Of a stretch of DNA of 64,000 nt, positions 40,641 to 51,536 are shown piece after piece. Numbering within the stretch: position 1 is the stretch's first letter; each line of letters begins with the position of its first letter. This stretch comes from Candidatus Dadabacteria bacterium. GTDB lineage: Bacteria; Desulfobacterota_D; UBA1144; Nemesobacterales; CSP1-2. The stretch is taken from assembly GCA_040289575.1 (NCBI GenBank), contig PSLL01000003.1, positions 35,739 through 99,738 of the forward strand, given 5' to 3'. A program made the translations under genes and the position numbers. Under the pieces are notes generated by a model, which worked only from the letters and a program-made list of their open reading frames with translations, did not search any database and was not told the DNA's origin.

Positions 40641-41504
40641 TTAAATTGACAATACTGCATCTGTCATCCTGGCTACGCGTCTCATATAGAGGACATCGTG
40701 GACTCTTATAAATGAGGCGCCGTTCATAATGCCAATGGCTATGGTTGCGGCGGTTCCTTCCAATTCCCCGTCCAAGTCGCCGATGACTTTGCCTATAAAG
40801 GATTTTCTTGATGTTCCTATCAAGATCGGTTTGCCGAGCACAAGGAATTCACTGAGGCACTTGAGGAGTATGAGGTTATGATGCGGAGTCTTTCCAAATC
40901 CGAAACCGGGATCAATCAGAATACTCTGTGGATCAACCCCTTTTCCCTCTGCCAGTTCTATGGATTCTTTAAGCGACCGAGTTATATCGAATACAATATC
41001 ATTATACTCGGCTTTGGCCTGCATATCATACGGACGAGACGTTGTGTGCATAAGAACAAGCCCGGCTTTGTATCTCGCTGCAATCGAGGCTATATTGGGG
41101 TCAAATTTGAGTCCGCTTATGTCATTTACTATTGATGCGCCTTCCTCAAGAGCCTCTTTAGCCACATTTGATTTGGTTGTATCTATTGAGAGGGCAATGT
41201 CAAACCGTTTTCTCGCCTCTTTTATTATTGGGATCGTGCGTCTTAGCTCTTCCTCTTCTGAGACCCCGATCGATCCGGGCCTGGTTGATTCCCCACCTAT
41301 ATCTATGATGTCTGCCCCTTCGGCTACCATCTCTTCAATGCGCCTTAGTGCATCGCCGGGGTTATAATACCTGCCCCCGTCATAAAATGAATCCGGGGTT
41401 ACGTTAAGTATACCCATAATGTACGTTTTTGAACCAATGGGCAATTCCATATCCCTGCACATAAAGCGGGTTAATTGACGACTTAAAACCTTATTTTCAG
41501 ACAT
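40641..41504 (-). CDS. folP: Dihydropteroate synthase
   Basis: MGILNVTPDSF.DGG, GGESTRPG, DPGFGFGK, SRKSF, RVHDV. Confidence 0.97.
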   Translation of the reverse strand: MSENKVLSRQLTRFMCRDMELPIGSKTYIMGILNVTPDSFYDGGRYYNPGDALRRIEEMVAEGADIIDIGGESTRPGSIGVSEEEELRRTIPIIKEARKRFDIALSIDTTKSNVAKEALEEGASIVNDISGLKFDPNIASIAARYKAGLVLMHTTSRPYDMQAKAEYNDIVFDITRSLKESIELAEGKGVDPQSILIDPGFGFGKTPHHNLILLKCLSEFLVLGKPILIGTSRKSFIGKVIGDLDGELEGTAATIAIGIMNGASFIRVHDVLYMRRVARMTDAVLSI

Positions 41505-41650
41505 CTTCTTTTACTTATTAGACGTCATGTATAGGATATTTTGCTGAAGCGATGCATGAGGTCTGACGTTTGGCTTTTATCTCACAATGAGGCTCTGCCA
41601 GTATAGCCAGAGATACACACCATCGAATGATTACGGAGGAGAAATACCGT

Positions 41651-43522
41651 TTAAGAGTCCTTGTTGGTTCTCATTGCTACCGCGCCCTTTGCGCTGAGAG
41701 AACCTTCCCAGGAGGGGTATTCGGGCCTTGTCTGCTTTACGAGGTCATCAAGCTCCTTTCCATCAACCACTTCTCTTTCAAGAAGCGCCTCGGCAAGCTT
41801 ATGGAGGAGGTCTATGTTCTCTTCCAAGATGGCCTTAGCCCTTTTGTAATTTTCGGTAACTACCCTCCTTATTTCCTTATCAATTTCTAGCGCCGTGGCT
41901 TCGCTATAGTCCTTGTGCCTGGCAAGCTCCTTGCCAAGAAAGATCTGCTCCTCCCTTTTTCCAAATGTCACGGGCCCTACCTTATCACTCATTCCCCACT
42001 CGCATATCATCTTTCTTGCAATTTCGGTTGCCCTCTCAAGGTCATTTCCGGCTCCGCTTGTCTGCTCTCCGAATATTATCTCTTCCGCTGCCCTCCCACC
42101 CAGAAGAACGGTGATTGTATTATTAAGATAGGCCTTAGAGAGTGTGTATTTATCCTCGACTGGAAGCTGCTGTGTGATGCCGAGTGCAAGCCCTCTTGGT
42201 ATTATAGTTACCTTGTGTATCGGATCGGTGCCGGGGGTGAGCTTTGCAACAAGGGCATGCCCGCCTTCATGATAGGCAGTTATCTTCTTCTCTGCATCGC
42301 TTATTATAAGGCTCTTTCTCTCGACACCCATGAGTACCTTATCCTTCGAGTACTCAAAATCAATCATAGAGATTTTTGTTCTTCCCACTCGCGCCGCATG
42401 AAGGGCAGCCTCATTTACCAGGTTTTCAAGATCGGCACCTGAAAACCCCGGGGTTGCACGCGCCACTGTGGCGAGGTTTACATCTTCACCAAGCGGCGTG
42501 TCTCTTGTATGGACTTTAAGTATCTCTTCTCTGCCCCTTACATCGGGCCTTGGAACTACGACCTGTCTATCAAACCTTCCTGGGCGGAGAAGGGCCGGGT
42601 CCAAAACATCCGGACGGTTTGTTGCAGCAATAACTATTATCCCCTCATTCGGCTCAAACCCGTCCATTTCAACGAGGAGTTGATTAAGCGTCTGCTCGCG
42701 TTCATCGTGTCCGCCTCCAAGTCCCGCTCCACGGTGCCGTCCCACGGCATCGAGCTCATCAACGAACACTATACATGGGGCATGACGCTTTGCCTGCATA
42801 AATAGATCCCTCACGCGCGATGCGCCTACTCCTACGAACATCTCCACAAAATCGCTCCCACTGATTATAAAGAACGGTACCCCTGCTTCTCCCGCTATGG
42901 CCTTTGCAAGGAGGGTTTTTCCCGTTCCTGGAGGTCCTACAAGGAGTACCCCTTTTGGAATCCTGCCCCCGAGGCGCGTGAATTTCTTTGGATTCTTGAG
43001 GAACTCAACTATCTCCTGTACCTCCTCCTTTGCCTCGTCAATTCCGGCGACATCTTTGAATGTAATCTTGTTCTGGTTTTCTGAGACCATACGGGCGCGG
43101 CTTCTTCCAAATGACATGGCCTTGGTACCTCCGGCCTGAAGCTGTCTCATAAATAGGACCATAACGACAATCAGGAGTATTACGGGCGCCCAATTAAAGA
43201 GTATATGTATCAAAGGCCCCTCTTTTTCTTTATCAAATCTAAATGATACTCCATTTTTCTTGAGTGTCTTTATAAGCTCATCGCTTGCAGGTCCGGTCGT
43301 TTTAAAACCCTTTTGGGACTCATCCTTTCTATATGTTCCTCTTATTTCATCGCCCTTGAACTCAACATCCTTTATTTCTCCTTGTTCGACGCTTGTGAGG
43401 AATTCACTGTATGAAATCTCGGCATAGCTACTCCTAGGGGTCTGTAGGAATTGATATAAGGCGATAATTGTCACAAATATAACAAGCCATAGAATTAAAT
43501 TTTTAAAAAGCTGACTACTCAC
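41651..43522 (-). CDS. ftsH: ATP-dependent zinc metalloprotease FtsH
   Basis: Two TMs, [28 protein letters not shown] at 43522 with a purine-rich RBS preferred as start. Confidence 0.98.
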   Translation of the reverse strand: MSSQLFKNLILWLVIFVTIIALYQFLQTPRSSYAEISYSEFLTSVEQGEIKDVEFKGDEIRGTYRKDESQKGFKTTGPASDELIKTLKKNGVSFRFDKEKEGPLIHILFNWAPVILLIVVMVLFMRQLQAGGTKAMSFGRSRARMVSENQNKITFKDVAGIDEAKEEVQEIVEFLKNPKKFTRLGGRIPKGVLLVGPPGTGKTLLAKAIAGEAGVPFFIISGSDFVEMFVGVGASRVRDLFMQAKRHAPCIVFVDELDAVGRHRGAGLGGGHDEREQTLNQLLVEMDGFEPNEGIIVIAATNRPDVLDPALLRPGRFDRQVVVPRPDVRGREEILKVHTRDTPLGEDVNLATVARATPGFSGADLENLVNEAALHAARVGRTKISMIDFEYSKDKVLMGVERKSLIISDAEKKITAYHEGGHALVAKLTPGTDPIHKVTIIPRGLALGITQQLPVEDKYTLSKAYLNNTITVLLGGRAAEEIIFGEQTSGAGNDLERATEIARKMICEWGMSDKVGPVTFGKREEQIFLGKELARHKDYSEATALEIDKEIRRVVTENYKRAKAILEENIDLLHKLAEALLEREVVDGKELDDLVKQTRPEYPSWEGSLSAKGAVAMRTNKDS

Positions 43523-43587
43523 ATTTGCCCCTTTTGAGTGAAATTTCTTAGAAAAGGATAGCACACACAAAATACCATTTCAACATT

Positions 43588-43663
43588 AGAATACAGAAAA
43601 CAGTAGACAGGGTGCAGGAAAAAAGAAAGCTTCCGATCCCTTGTGTTCTGTATACTGGATTCT
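43588..43663. repeat. Intergenic heptamer-periodic inverted repeat
   Basis: AGAATAC AGAAAAC AGTAGAC AGGGTGC, followed by complementary-type units TTGTGTT CTGTATA CTGGATT. Confidence 0.55.
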
Positions 43664-43668
43664 TGTTG

Positions 43669-44616
43669 TTAACTATCCGATTCGGTGTTGCTAAAAACCC
43701 CGGTGCTTAAGTACCTCTCCCCTGTATCGCAGAATATGGTTAACACCTGTTTCTGAGGGCCGAGCCTCTTGGCAACCCTCACAGCAGCAAATGCAGCGGC
43801 GCCTGACGATATACCAACAAGAAGCCCTTCCATAGAGCAGAGGAGCTTTGTGAAGGATTTGGCTTCATCTCCTGTTACAGTCATTACCTCATCGTATATA
43901 TCTGTGTTTAGAACCTCGGGAATAAACCCTGCACCAATCCCTTGTATGGCATGTGTATTTGCTTCTTTGCCTGAGAGTACGGCGGATTCGGCCGGCTCTA
44001 CCGCGACTATGTAAATATTTGGAAATCTTTTGCGCAGTACCTCTCCTACACCGGTGATGGTTCCGCCCGTTCCAACACCCGATACGAATGCATGTATTTC
44101 TCCCGGGACCTGTTCGAGAATCTCAGGGCCTGTGGTTAGCCTATGTGTTTGTGGATTGGCCGGGTTCCTAAACTGCTGCGGCATAAATGCATTTGGGTTT
44201 TCCCTAATGATCTCCTCGGCCTTCCGAACAGCACCCTCCATCTTTTCCTCTGCAGGGGTAAGAATAAGTTCAGCTCCATAGGCGGCAAGAAGCAGTCTCC
44301 TCTCCAGGCTCATATCATCCGGCATTGTGAGGATTAATCTGTATCCCTTTACAGCGCATACAATGGCAAGCCCGATCCCCGTATTTCCACTTGTAGGCTC
44401 AATTATTATACTCCTGCCCGGGGCGATTTTTCCCTCTTTCTCTGCCGCCTCTATCATAGAGAGACATATCCTATCTTTAACGCTTCCGGCCGGATTGAAA
44501 ATCTCGAGTTTTGCCCAAACCGTAGCCGCCCCCTTCGGGACAACCCTGTTTAGCCTTATTACGGGCGTGTCTCCAATCAGGTCTAATACACTATCTGTAG
44601 CGTCGTATTTAGCCAT
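43669..44616 (-). CDS. cysK: Cysteine synthase A
   Basis: NPAGSVKDR, EPTSGNTG, QQF.NPAN, GVGTGGT, IQGIGAG, DTGERYLS. Confidence 0.96.
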   Translation of the reverse strand: MAKYDATDSVLDLIGDTPVIRLNRVVPKGAATVWAKLEIFNPAGSVKDRICLSMIEAAEKEGKIAPGRSIIIEPTSGNTGIGLAIVCAVKGYRLILTMPDDMSLERRLLLAAYGAELILTPAEEKMEGAVRKAEEIIRENPNAFMPQQFRNPANPQTHRLTTGPEILEQVPGEIHAFVSGVGTGGTITGVGEVLRKRFPNIYIVAVEPAESAVLSGKEANTHAIQGIGAGFIPEVLNTDIYDEVMTVTGDEAKSFTKLLCSMEGLLVGISSGAAAFAAVRVAKRLGPQKQVLTIFCDTGERYLSTGVFSNTESDS

Positions 44617-44636
44617 ATTAGTTTCACCTCTGTAAA

Positions 44637-44713
44637 AGACAGAATACATGAAAAGAGAAAATCTCTAACCCCTGTATTCTTTATTCTGACTTCTGTATTC
44701 TGATACCAGGATT
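44637..44713. repeat. Heptamer tandem repeat with an inverted copy
   Basis: CTGTATT CTTTATT CTGACTT CTGTATT CTGATAC CAGGATT (44672-44713), with the inverted unit AGAATACA at 44641. Confidence 0.6.
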
Positions 44714-45041
44714 CGTCTGACGTTTTCAAAGAGTATCTTCATTTACCTCCTCTTCACTGAATGTATGACTGAGTGCCTCAAATGACCCTCTATATATCTG
44801 AGATGTCCTTTACACCTCTTAGCGTCCATATACATCCGTCGAAATCATATCCGACGGATATGAAACGGGATATAAATAACAAACGAAAGGCAATTTACTC
44901 CTCCCTCTCTAATCCTTAAGAGGTCTATATGGCTTTTAAAAGGGTTCCAAAAAGCGGTGGCTTTCCTCTTTTAGACATGTCCTCTTTAAGGTAAAACATG
45001 TGTAAAAGGGTATGTAGATGTATGTCCCCAAAAACATTCAT
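44665..45041 (-). pseudogene. Membrane dipeptidase (M19 amidohydrolase) relic with a large internal deletion
   Basis: Minus-strand fragments: MNVFGDIHLHT; HIDLLRIREGGVNCLSFVIYIP; GYDFDG..TLRGVKDISD; FSEEEV / KILFENVRRIL. Confidence 0.7.
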
Positions 45042-45144
45042 GATAAGAGGATAACAACTTTGTGGGGTCTATTCAAACATGGTTTCAGGCGTTAGTCTAT
45101 AGATATCCATCATTGGACACAATCCAATATAGAAGGGAGAAGAT

Positions 45145-45357
45145 ATGGAAGAACAAAAGTGTCATGAAGAGGGTGAGATGTTTGATGCATACATCCGTAG
45201 AGTAGAGGATCAAGAGTTAAAAGGGATTCTGCTCAAGCTCAAGAACGAGATGCGGAGGTCTAATGCCTCATGGGAATCCGTAAGAGCGGTTCTGTTATCT
45301 CTATGGAATAAAAAGAAAGAGGCATTGATAGAGGTTCTTCCATTTATCCTGAGGTAA
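45145..45357 (+). CDS. Small hypothetical protein
   Basis: 70-aa helical ORF with an AAGGGAG RBS. Confidence 0.65.
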   Translation: MEEQKCHEEGEMFDAYIRRVEDQELKGILLKLKNEMRRSNASWESVRAVLLSLWNKKKEALIEVLPFILR

Positions 45358-45364
45358 TCATCGG

Positions 45365-46191
45365 GTGTTGTGCATCGGCTGCCGATTTGAGAATAAAAAC
45401 TTAATGAATATAAAAAATGGAATGACTAGTGCCACTCTAGCTGTATTATTCGTATTACTCGCTATTGGGGTGCCGTTTGGTGATAATTTCTTATTTGCGG
45501 CGGACGGTAAATCGAGTCTCAAAGACGCTGAGAAGACATATCTGAGTTACTATGAGGACTCCAGCAATATCGGCAGGGCTATAGATAAGCTCAACAGAAT
45601 GTCGGAACAAAATTCTAAAGACTCACAAGCCATGATCCTTCTTTCCCGTGTTTGGCTAACCTATGGGGATGTCCTGGCCAGAAATAGGGATGAAAAACTC
45701 ATGGCTTGTGAAAATGGCAGAGACATTGCAAAAAAGGCGATAGAAATCAGTCCCAATGACCCCGATGCGCATTTCTGGTATACGGCGAATATGGGCAGAT
45801 GGGGAGAGACAAGGGGGGTTTAAAATCGCTTTTTCTGGTCCCCGAGGTTAAGGAGCAGCTGAATCTAATCCTCGCCATCAACCCCAATTATGTCCCCGCC
45901 CTTGATGTTTATGGGATGCTATATTATGAGCTTCCGGGATTCTTGGGAGGTAATCTGAATCTGTCAGAGAAGTACATTAGGCAGGCGATAGAGATAGATC
46001 CGCACCTAACCGTTACTAGGGTCGACCTTGCAAGGGTTTTTATAAAAAGGAAAAGATACGATGAGGCAAGAAGCCAATTAAACAGAGTCCTAGAAGAAAA
46101 AGAGCCAACACTGTATGGAGATTGGTACGTAAAGGATAGAAAAGACGCCGCGGAGCTGATAGCCGATATTAATAAAAAGCAGGGGAGATGA
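45365..46191 (+). pseudogene. Secreted TPR protein (TRAP-T TatT/RMDN-like), split by a single frameshift
   Basis: ORFs 45365-45823 and 45799-46191 join at AAGGGGGGTTTAAAA to give RWGETRGV-LKSLFLVP. TPR motifs and LYYELPG..GG. Confidence 0.75.
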
Positions 46192-46249
46192 GTCATGACA
46201 CTTGATATTGGTGTATCTCGACTGTAGATTATTGTGCATATAGAGTTAC

Positions 46250-48856
46250 ATGAATCGGCGAATAAACCTATATAAGCAAGGCCAAAGGGTCGCACTATTA
46301 GTTATCGGCATATTTTGTTTCATAATCTTTAGTTCTCTATTCCTCTATGGCGTTTACTGGTACTTTGTACATGATCTGCCGGATCTCACAAAAATCACCG
46401 GATACAGGCCCCGTCTTACAACCGAGGTTTATTCAATTGATGGCAGACTCATAGCCGAGTTCGGCGGAGAGAGGCGCACATTAATCCCATATGAAGAAAT
46501 CCCCAAATATGTAAGGCAGGCTTTTATGGCCGTGGAAGACAAACGCTTTTTTGAACATAAAGGGGTTGACCTCAGGCGCATCATAGGTGCGCTTCTAAAG
46601 AATGTTGAAGAAGGGGAGATAGTCCAGGGTGGCAGCACAATAACACAGCAGGTTGTAAAGAACCTTGCCCTCTCACCTGAGAGGAGCATATCGAGAAAGA
46701 TCAAAGAGGCAATTCTGGCATACAGGATGGAGAAGAACCTATCAAAGGAAGAGATTCTCTATATATACCTCAACCAGATATATTTTGGAGACGGTGCTTA
46801 TGGTATTGAGGCGGCAAGCAGAGACTACTTCGGCAAATCTGCCAGGGATATAAACATTGCAGAGGCTGCATTTCTTGCAGCGATTCCAAAGGCACCTACA
46901 TACTATTATCCGCGTGAGCACTTTGGGAGGGTAAAGGGCAGGCAGGAACTCATATTAAGGTTGATGGAAGAGGATGGATTTATAACAAAGGAACAAAGGA
47001 AACGAGCAGAGGCGCATCCAATTAGGATATTTCCGAGGAGAAGTATAAACCTTGAGGTAGCCCCATATTTTGTAGAGCTAGTCAGACAGCATATGGAGGC
47101 GAGGTTTGGCACAAGAGCCCTCATTGAAGGGGGATACAGAGTATTTACGACGCTAGATGTGGATTTGAGCCTTGCCGGAGAGTGGGCTCTGAGGCGTGGA
47201 ATCTTAGGGATTGAGTCGAAGCAAGGGAGGGGGATTGTCATTGGGCATTTAAACAGCCGCAATGAGATAGATAGATTTATAAGATCACAAAAGGTTAAGG
47301 GTATTGATAAAGGGGCATCATATAGAGCCGTAGTCACAAGTGTTATAAAAGGTGACTTACCTGGGGTTCTTACCTCTGTGGTTGGCATTGGACAATATCA
47401 GGGGATACTTAGGTTTGGAGTAAGCTCTCCTCTTGGGACTGCCATAGATGGGATGGAGCAAAACACATTATTTAAAAGGTATGCCCCTGTTAACGGATAT
47501 GAAGGGATTAGTCTGGTTCCATTTGAACTCAGGGTTGGGGATATAGTCAGAGTAAAGATAGAGAATCAAGACAGCAGTGGGGTCTATTATGTGTCTATAG
47601 ATTATACAACAGAATCCCAGGGGGCACTACTTTCTATGGACACAGCCTCCGGGTACATAAGTGCAATCGTCGGAGGGCTTGATTTCTCTGTAAGCCAATT
47701 CAATCGTGCTACACAAGCGCTCAGACAACCCGGCTCATCATTTAAACCTATAGTTTATTCTGCGGCTATAGATAAGGGATATACGGAGACTACGATTGTC
47801 AGCGACACACCTGTTATGACTAAAGACTGGAGTCCACAGAACTATGACGGTGCATTTCTAGGGGATATTCCCATGAAGGAGGCTCTTGCCAAATCGAGGA
47901 ATCTGGCGAGTGTGAGGATTATAATGGACATAAGTCCTCGATATGCGGCCAGCTATGCGAGGAGGTTTGGATTTACATCGAATCTCAGTCCTTACCCTGC
48001 ACTTGCTTTAGGAGGTTCAGATGTAACGCTTCTTGAGATGGTAAAGGCATTTGATGTTTTTGCCACAGGGGGTAGGCTTGTCAAGCCTAGGTTTATACTG
48101 CGTATATATGACAGGGACGGGAGGCTTGTTGAGGATAACACTATATTGCAGACAGAAGAGGAGTATGAGAGGGCTCAGAGAGAGAAAAAACGCTTGGAGG
48201 TAATTAAACAGATAGCTGCAAACACCGGTGATGCAGAGATAGGCGTGGCTGAATTTACCAAATCCAAAGAGGACAATGAACAGAAGCCGGATGATGAATT
48301 TGTGACAGCCGATGAATTTCTAAAGATTCTGCGGAGCGGCGATTTCTCACGGCTTAATCTGTCATCAAATATGGGGGATCAGGTAATCAGTCCTGAGACA
48401 GCCTATATAATGGTCAATATGCTTCAAGGGGTCATTAAAGAGGGAACTGGACAAAGGGCGCTAGAGTTATCCTCTATTGCACCGATTGCGGGCAAGACTG
48501 GAACCGCAAATGATTTTACAGATGCGTGGTTTATTGGGTTTAGTCCGAGGGTAATTACCGGTGTCTGGGTAGGCAGGGATGACCATAAGCCGATTGGCCG
48601 GGGGGAAGTGGGCTCAAGTGCCGCCCTACCTATATGGATAGATTTTATGAGGGAGGCGCTGAGGAGGTTTCCTGGTGGAAATTTCAGTGTTCCCGATGGA
48701 ATACAGTTTGTAAATACGCCCTATGGATACATACCCTATAAATCGGACTCAATACCGAACGATATAAGGATAGAAGAGGGGGTGGGAAGAAATGAAAACC
48801 CCAGGGGACAGAATAATCCATCAGAGAGCGAGATTGATTTCCTCATAAGGCACTAA
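46250..48856 (+). CDS. mrcA: Penicillin-binding protein 1A
   Basis: GT motifs EDKRF..H.G, GGSTITQQ, RKIKE; TP motifs SSFK, SRN, KTG; OB-like insert. Confidence 0.95.
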   Translation: MNRRINLYKQGQRVALLVIGIFCFIIFSSLFLYGVYWYFVHDLPDLTKITGYRPRLTTEVYSIDGRLIAEFGGERRTLIPYEEIPKYVRQAFMAVEDKRFFEHKGVDLRRIIGALLKNVEEGEIVQGGSTITQQVVKNLALSPERSISRKIKEAILAYRMEKNLSKEEILYIYLNQIYFGDGAYGIEAASRDYFGKSARDINIAEAAFLAAIPKAPTYYYPREHFGRVKGRQELILRLMEEDGFITKEQRKRAEAHPIRIFPRRSINLEVAPYFVELVRQHMEARFGTRALIEGGYRVFTTLDVDLSLAGEWALRRGILGIESKQGRGIVIGHLNSRNEIDRFIRSQKVKGIDKGASYRAVVTSVIKGDLPGVLTSVVGIGQYQGILRFGVSSPLGTAIDGMEQNTLFKRYAPVNGYEGISLVPFELRVGDIVRVKIENQDSSGVYYVSIDYTTESQGALLSMDTASGYISAIVGGLDFSVSQFNRATQALRQPGSSFKPIVYSAAIDKGYTETTIVSDTPVMTKDWSPQNYDGAFLGDIPMKEALAKSRNLASVRIIMDISPRYAASYARRFGFTSNLSPYPALALGGSDVTLLEMVKAFDVFATGGRLVKPRFILRIYDRDGRLVEDNTILQTEEEYERAQREKKRLEVIKQIAANTGDAEIGVAEFTKSKEDNEQKPDDEFVTADEFLKILRSGDFSRLNLSSNMGDQVISPETAYIMVNMLQGVIKEGTGQRALELSSIAPIAGKTGTANDFTDAWFIGFSPRVITGVWVGRDDHKPIGRGEVGSSAALPIWIDFMREALRRFPGGNFSVPDGIQFVNTPYGYIPYKSDSIPNDIRIEEGVGRNENPRGQNNPSESEIDFLIRH

Positions 48857-49392
48857 TCCAGATTTATAAACGGTCTTATAGATTCAAGTCTCTTCTCCTC
48901 TATCCCATCTATGTTGCGCAGCTCCTCTATAGCCCTAAAGGGACCTTTTAGGTTTCTATATTTAACTATTTTCTCGGCCAGCTTGGGTCCGATTCCGGGG
49001 AGGGCCTCGAGATCCTCAACACTGGCCGAATTTATTCCTATAGGAATTCCTAGAGCCAGGCTCTTTTTCCCACTTATTCTGGAGAGTGAAATAATCCCCC
49101 TGTCATTGATTACAATCCTATCTCCGTTTCTGATGTTTTTTAGTTTATAAAGAGAAGCAATCTGCTTTATCTCATCCTCATTATAAACGGTAATGGGAAA
49201 CCCATCGGGTTTAGACACTTCAATATAGAACCTCGGTTCCCGCGTTGTTCCTTGTAATTCGTGTCCTTGATTAGATCGAGGGATAATCCAGCGCAAGGGT
49301 TCTGAATTGCGAAATACAAAAAAGAAGGAGCATAAAAGGGCCAGGCATAACGCCAATTGATTAGAAAAAGGGGACAAGAGATTCTTTCTCAT
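48853..49392 (-). CDS. ComEA-like helix-hairpin-helix DNA-binding membrane protein
   Basis: INSAS.EDLEALPGIGPKLAEKIV.YR...GPF...EEL..I.GI. Confidence 0.88.
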   Translation of the reverse strand: MRKNLLSPFSNQLALCLALLCSFFFVFRNSEPLRWIIPRSNQGHELQGTTREPRFYIEVSKPDGFPITVYNEDEIKQIASLYKLKNIRNGDRIVINDRGIISLSRISGKKSLALGIPIGINSASVEDLEALPGIGPKLAEKIVKYRNLKGPFRAIEELRNIDGIEEKRLESIRPFINLD

Positions 49393-49400
49393 AAAATATT

Positions 49401-49442
49401 AGGATACAGAATACAGGGGCTTGAGGTTTTTTCCTGTATTCT
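49401..49442. repeat. Heptamer-type inverted repeat / possible terminator
   Basis: AGGATAC AGAATAC AGG. A perfect 10-bp IR: AGAATACAGG (49408-49417) / CCTGTATTCT (49433-49442). Confidence 0.55.
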
Positions 49443-49445
49443 AAC

Positions 49446-50237
49446 CTAAAATATTCCCTTGACAATCCCGCCATCGACCTGAATCGTTACCCCTGTAATG
49501 TAGCTTGCCCGCTCAGACGAAAGAAACACAACAAGGTCCGCGACCTCTTTTGGCCTTCCAATTCTTCCCAAGGGGATGTCCTTCTCCCATGAGTTTATTA
49601 TTTCCTTCGTGCTTACCATACCTCTTTTTGCTCTTTCTTCTGCAAGATGTATGATTCTGTCGGTAAGGATTCTTCCGGGGCAGACATTATTTATGAGAAT
49701 ATTATCCCTGGCAAATTCATTTGATATGCTCTTTGCAAATCCTATTACTCCTGCCCTTGATGTGTTTGAGAGAATCAGCCCCTCTATCGGCTGCTTTACG
49801 GCAACGGAGGTGATATTAATTATTCGACCCCATCTTTGTTTTTGCATATAAGGGATAGATTCGCGTGTCATATTAATTGTGCTCATAAGATTAAGCCCTA
49901 TTGCCATTTGCCAGTCATCGGGCGAGAAATTGAGAAAATCCCCAAGAGGCGGACCGCCGGCGTTGTTTACGAGTATATGCACAGTTCCATATTTCTCCAC
50001 CGTTTGGGAGACGATTTTCTTTATGTCCTCCGGTTTGGAGACATCACCATTGATGGCCAGAACCTCTGCACCGGTTCTTGATTTGATCTCCTCAGCCGTT
50101 TCTTCCAGCGTCTCTTTGCCCCTTGAGCAGATGGTTAATCTTGCGCCTTCTTCTGCAAGCCCAAAGGCTACCGCCTTTCCGAGTCCTCTGCTTGAGGCCG
50201 CGACTATTGCGATCTTGCTCCTTATACATAGGTCCAT
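49446..50237 (-). CDS. SDR-family oxidoreductase
   Basis: AASSRGLG, LVNNAGGPP, LILSNTSRAG (atypical active-site motif), VCPG.I.T.R, VDGG. Confidence 0.92.
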   Translation of the reverse strand: MDLCIRSKIAIVAASSRGLGKAVAFGLAEEGARLTICSRGKETLEETAEEIKSRTGAEVLAINGDVSKPEDIKKIVSQTVEKYGTVHILVNNAGGPPLGDFLNFSPDDWQMAIGLNLMSTINMTRESIPYMQKQRWGRIINITSVAVKQPIEGLILSNTSRAGVIGFAKSISNEFARDNILINNVCPGRILTDRIIHLAEERAKRGMVSTKEIINSWEKDIPLGRIGRPKEVADLVVFLSSERASYITGVTIQVDGGIVKGIF

Positions 50238-50394
50238 TTTTTCGCTCTCCTTAGATAAACAGAAATATAAACGCAAGGGTGACAGAGGACAAGGTTTGTA
50301 TTAAAATCTCTGCGTTCTATAAGGGTAGGGGAAGTGGTTTTGATCACAAACTCATCTACTGGTAATATGGTTTTATATCTATAAGAGGCAGGCT

Positions 50395-50958
50395 ATGGTG
50401 GACAATAAAAATAAAGCCCTTAAAGAATGGACGATAACCATTAAGGCACTTGACGAGGGAAGACAGATAATACTTCTAAGAAAGGGCGGAATCCGTGAAG
50501 AGAATAGAGAGTTCAGGGTTGAGAATGAGAGGTTTCTCCTCTATCCTACGTATGAGCATCAGAGAGAAGATCTAATAAAGGAGGAATTTAGAGGTGACTT
50601 CAAAACGATTCAGCGCATAGACAACAATAAGGTAACCATCCGAAATTGGGCTATAGTTTCTGATACATATCAGATAACAGAACTGGAAAGGCTCGAAGCC
50701 ATTTTTCCATACCATATATGGACTGCCAATTATGCAATGGAGAGGCTGACATGGCGGCCGAGAAAGCCGCTCCATGTAATATTTTTGAGGGTCTTCAGGC
50801 TTCCCGAGCCGAAAACCATTGATATACTCCCAGAGTATGGAGGTTGCAGGTCTTGGATTAGTTTATCGGATGAGTTCTCATTTGATAGGACAAATCCGGT
50901 TCTCAATGAAGAGGAATTCAAATATATCTCAGAAAAGATAAAGAACCTGCTCCGCTAA
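50395..50958 (+). CDS. DUF1802-family protein
   Basis: ALKEW, G.Q.ILLRKGGI.E, F.LYPTYEHQ, HIW, YGGCRSW. Confidence 0.9.
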   Translation: MVDNKNKALKEWTITIKALDEGRQIILLRKGGIREENREFRVENERFLLYPTYEHQREDLIKEEFRGDFKTIQRIDNNKVTIRNWAIVSDTYQITELERLEAIFPYHIWTANYAMERLTWRPRKPLHVIFLRVFRLPEPKTIDILPEYGGCRSWISLSDEFSFDRTNPVLNEEEFKYISEKIKNLLR

Positions 50959-51005
50959 GACATAGGCGATTAAGATATAGACGATACTTATTTGAAAATT
51001 GCTTT

Positions 51006-51344
51006 TCATTCAACCTTAACGTCGCTCTTTTCCATATTCGCCATGCCGGACTTTCTGGGTTTCTTCGTTTCTTTTGGCTCAGACCTTTTCTCCGATTGAT
51101 TTCCGTTAACAGAGCCGTTGGCATCGCCTGAGAGTGCCGGATTGTCTTTGGTTACCTCGGATGGTATCCTGGGTTTCTTTACATAGTCGGTTGCATACCA
51201 TCCTGTTCCCATAAGCTGAAATGACGAAAGTGAAATAATGCGATTTACCTTTCCCCTGCAGTACTTACATCTTCTCAGAGGCGGATCATTAAATCCCTCG
51301 GTTATTCGACCGCATTTTTCGCATTCATATTCATAAATCGGCAT
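51006..51344 (-). CDS. FmdB-family zinc-ribbon protein
   Basis: MPIYEYECEKCG, CKYC, F...GTGWYATDY and a low-complexity tail. Confidence 0.92.
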   Translation of the reverse strand: MPIYEYECEKCGRITEGFNDPPLRRCKYCRGKVNRIISLSSFQLMGTGWYATDYVKKPRIPSEVTKDNPALSGDANGSVNGNQSEKRSEPKETKKPRKSGMANMEKSDVKVE

Positions 51345-51536
51345 GACATCACTCCCCTAAACACGCTGATATTGGCTTTATCGGTTTTGATTATCTAATA
51401 TAATCATATAGATCCGATATTCAAGTCTTCACATAAAAAGGAGATAAAACCACCTTTTTCTTTTAGTTGACATAATATATGTTATAGGACATTATTAATT
51501 TAAGTTATATCAAGAAATGAACTGCATCAATTGCTC

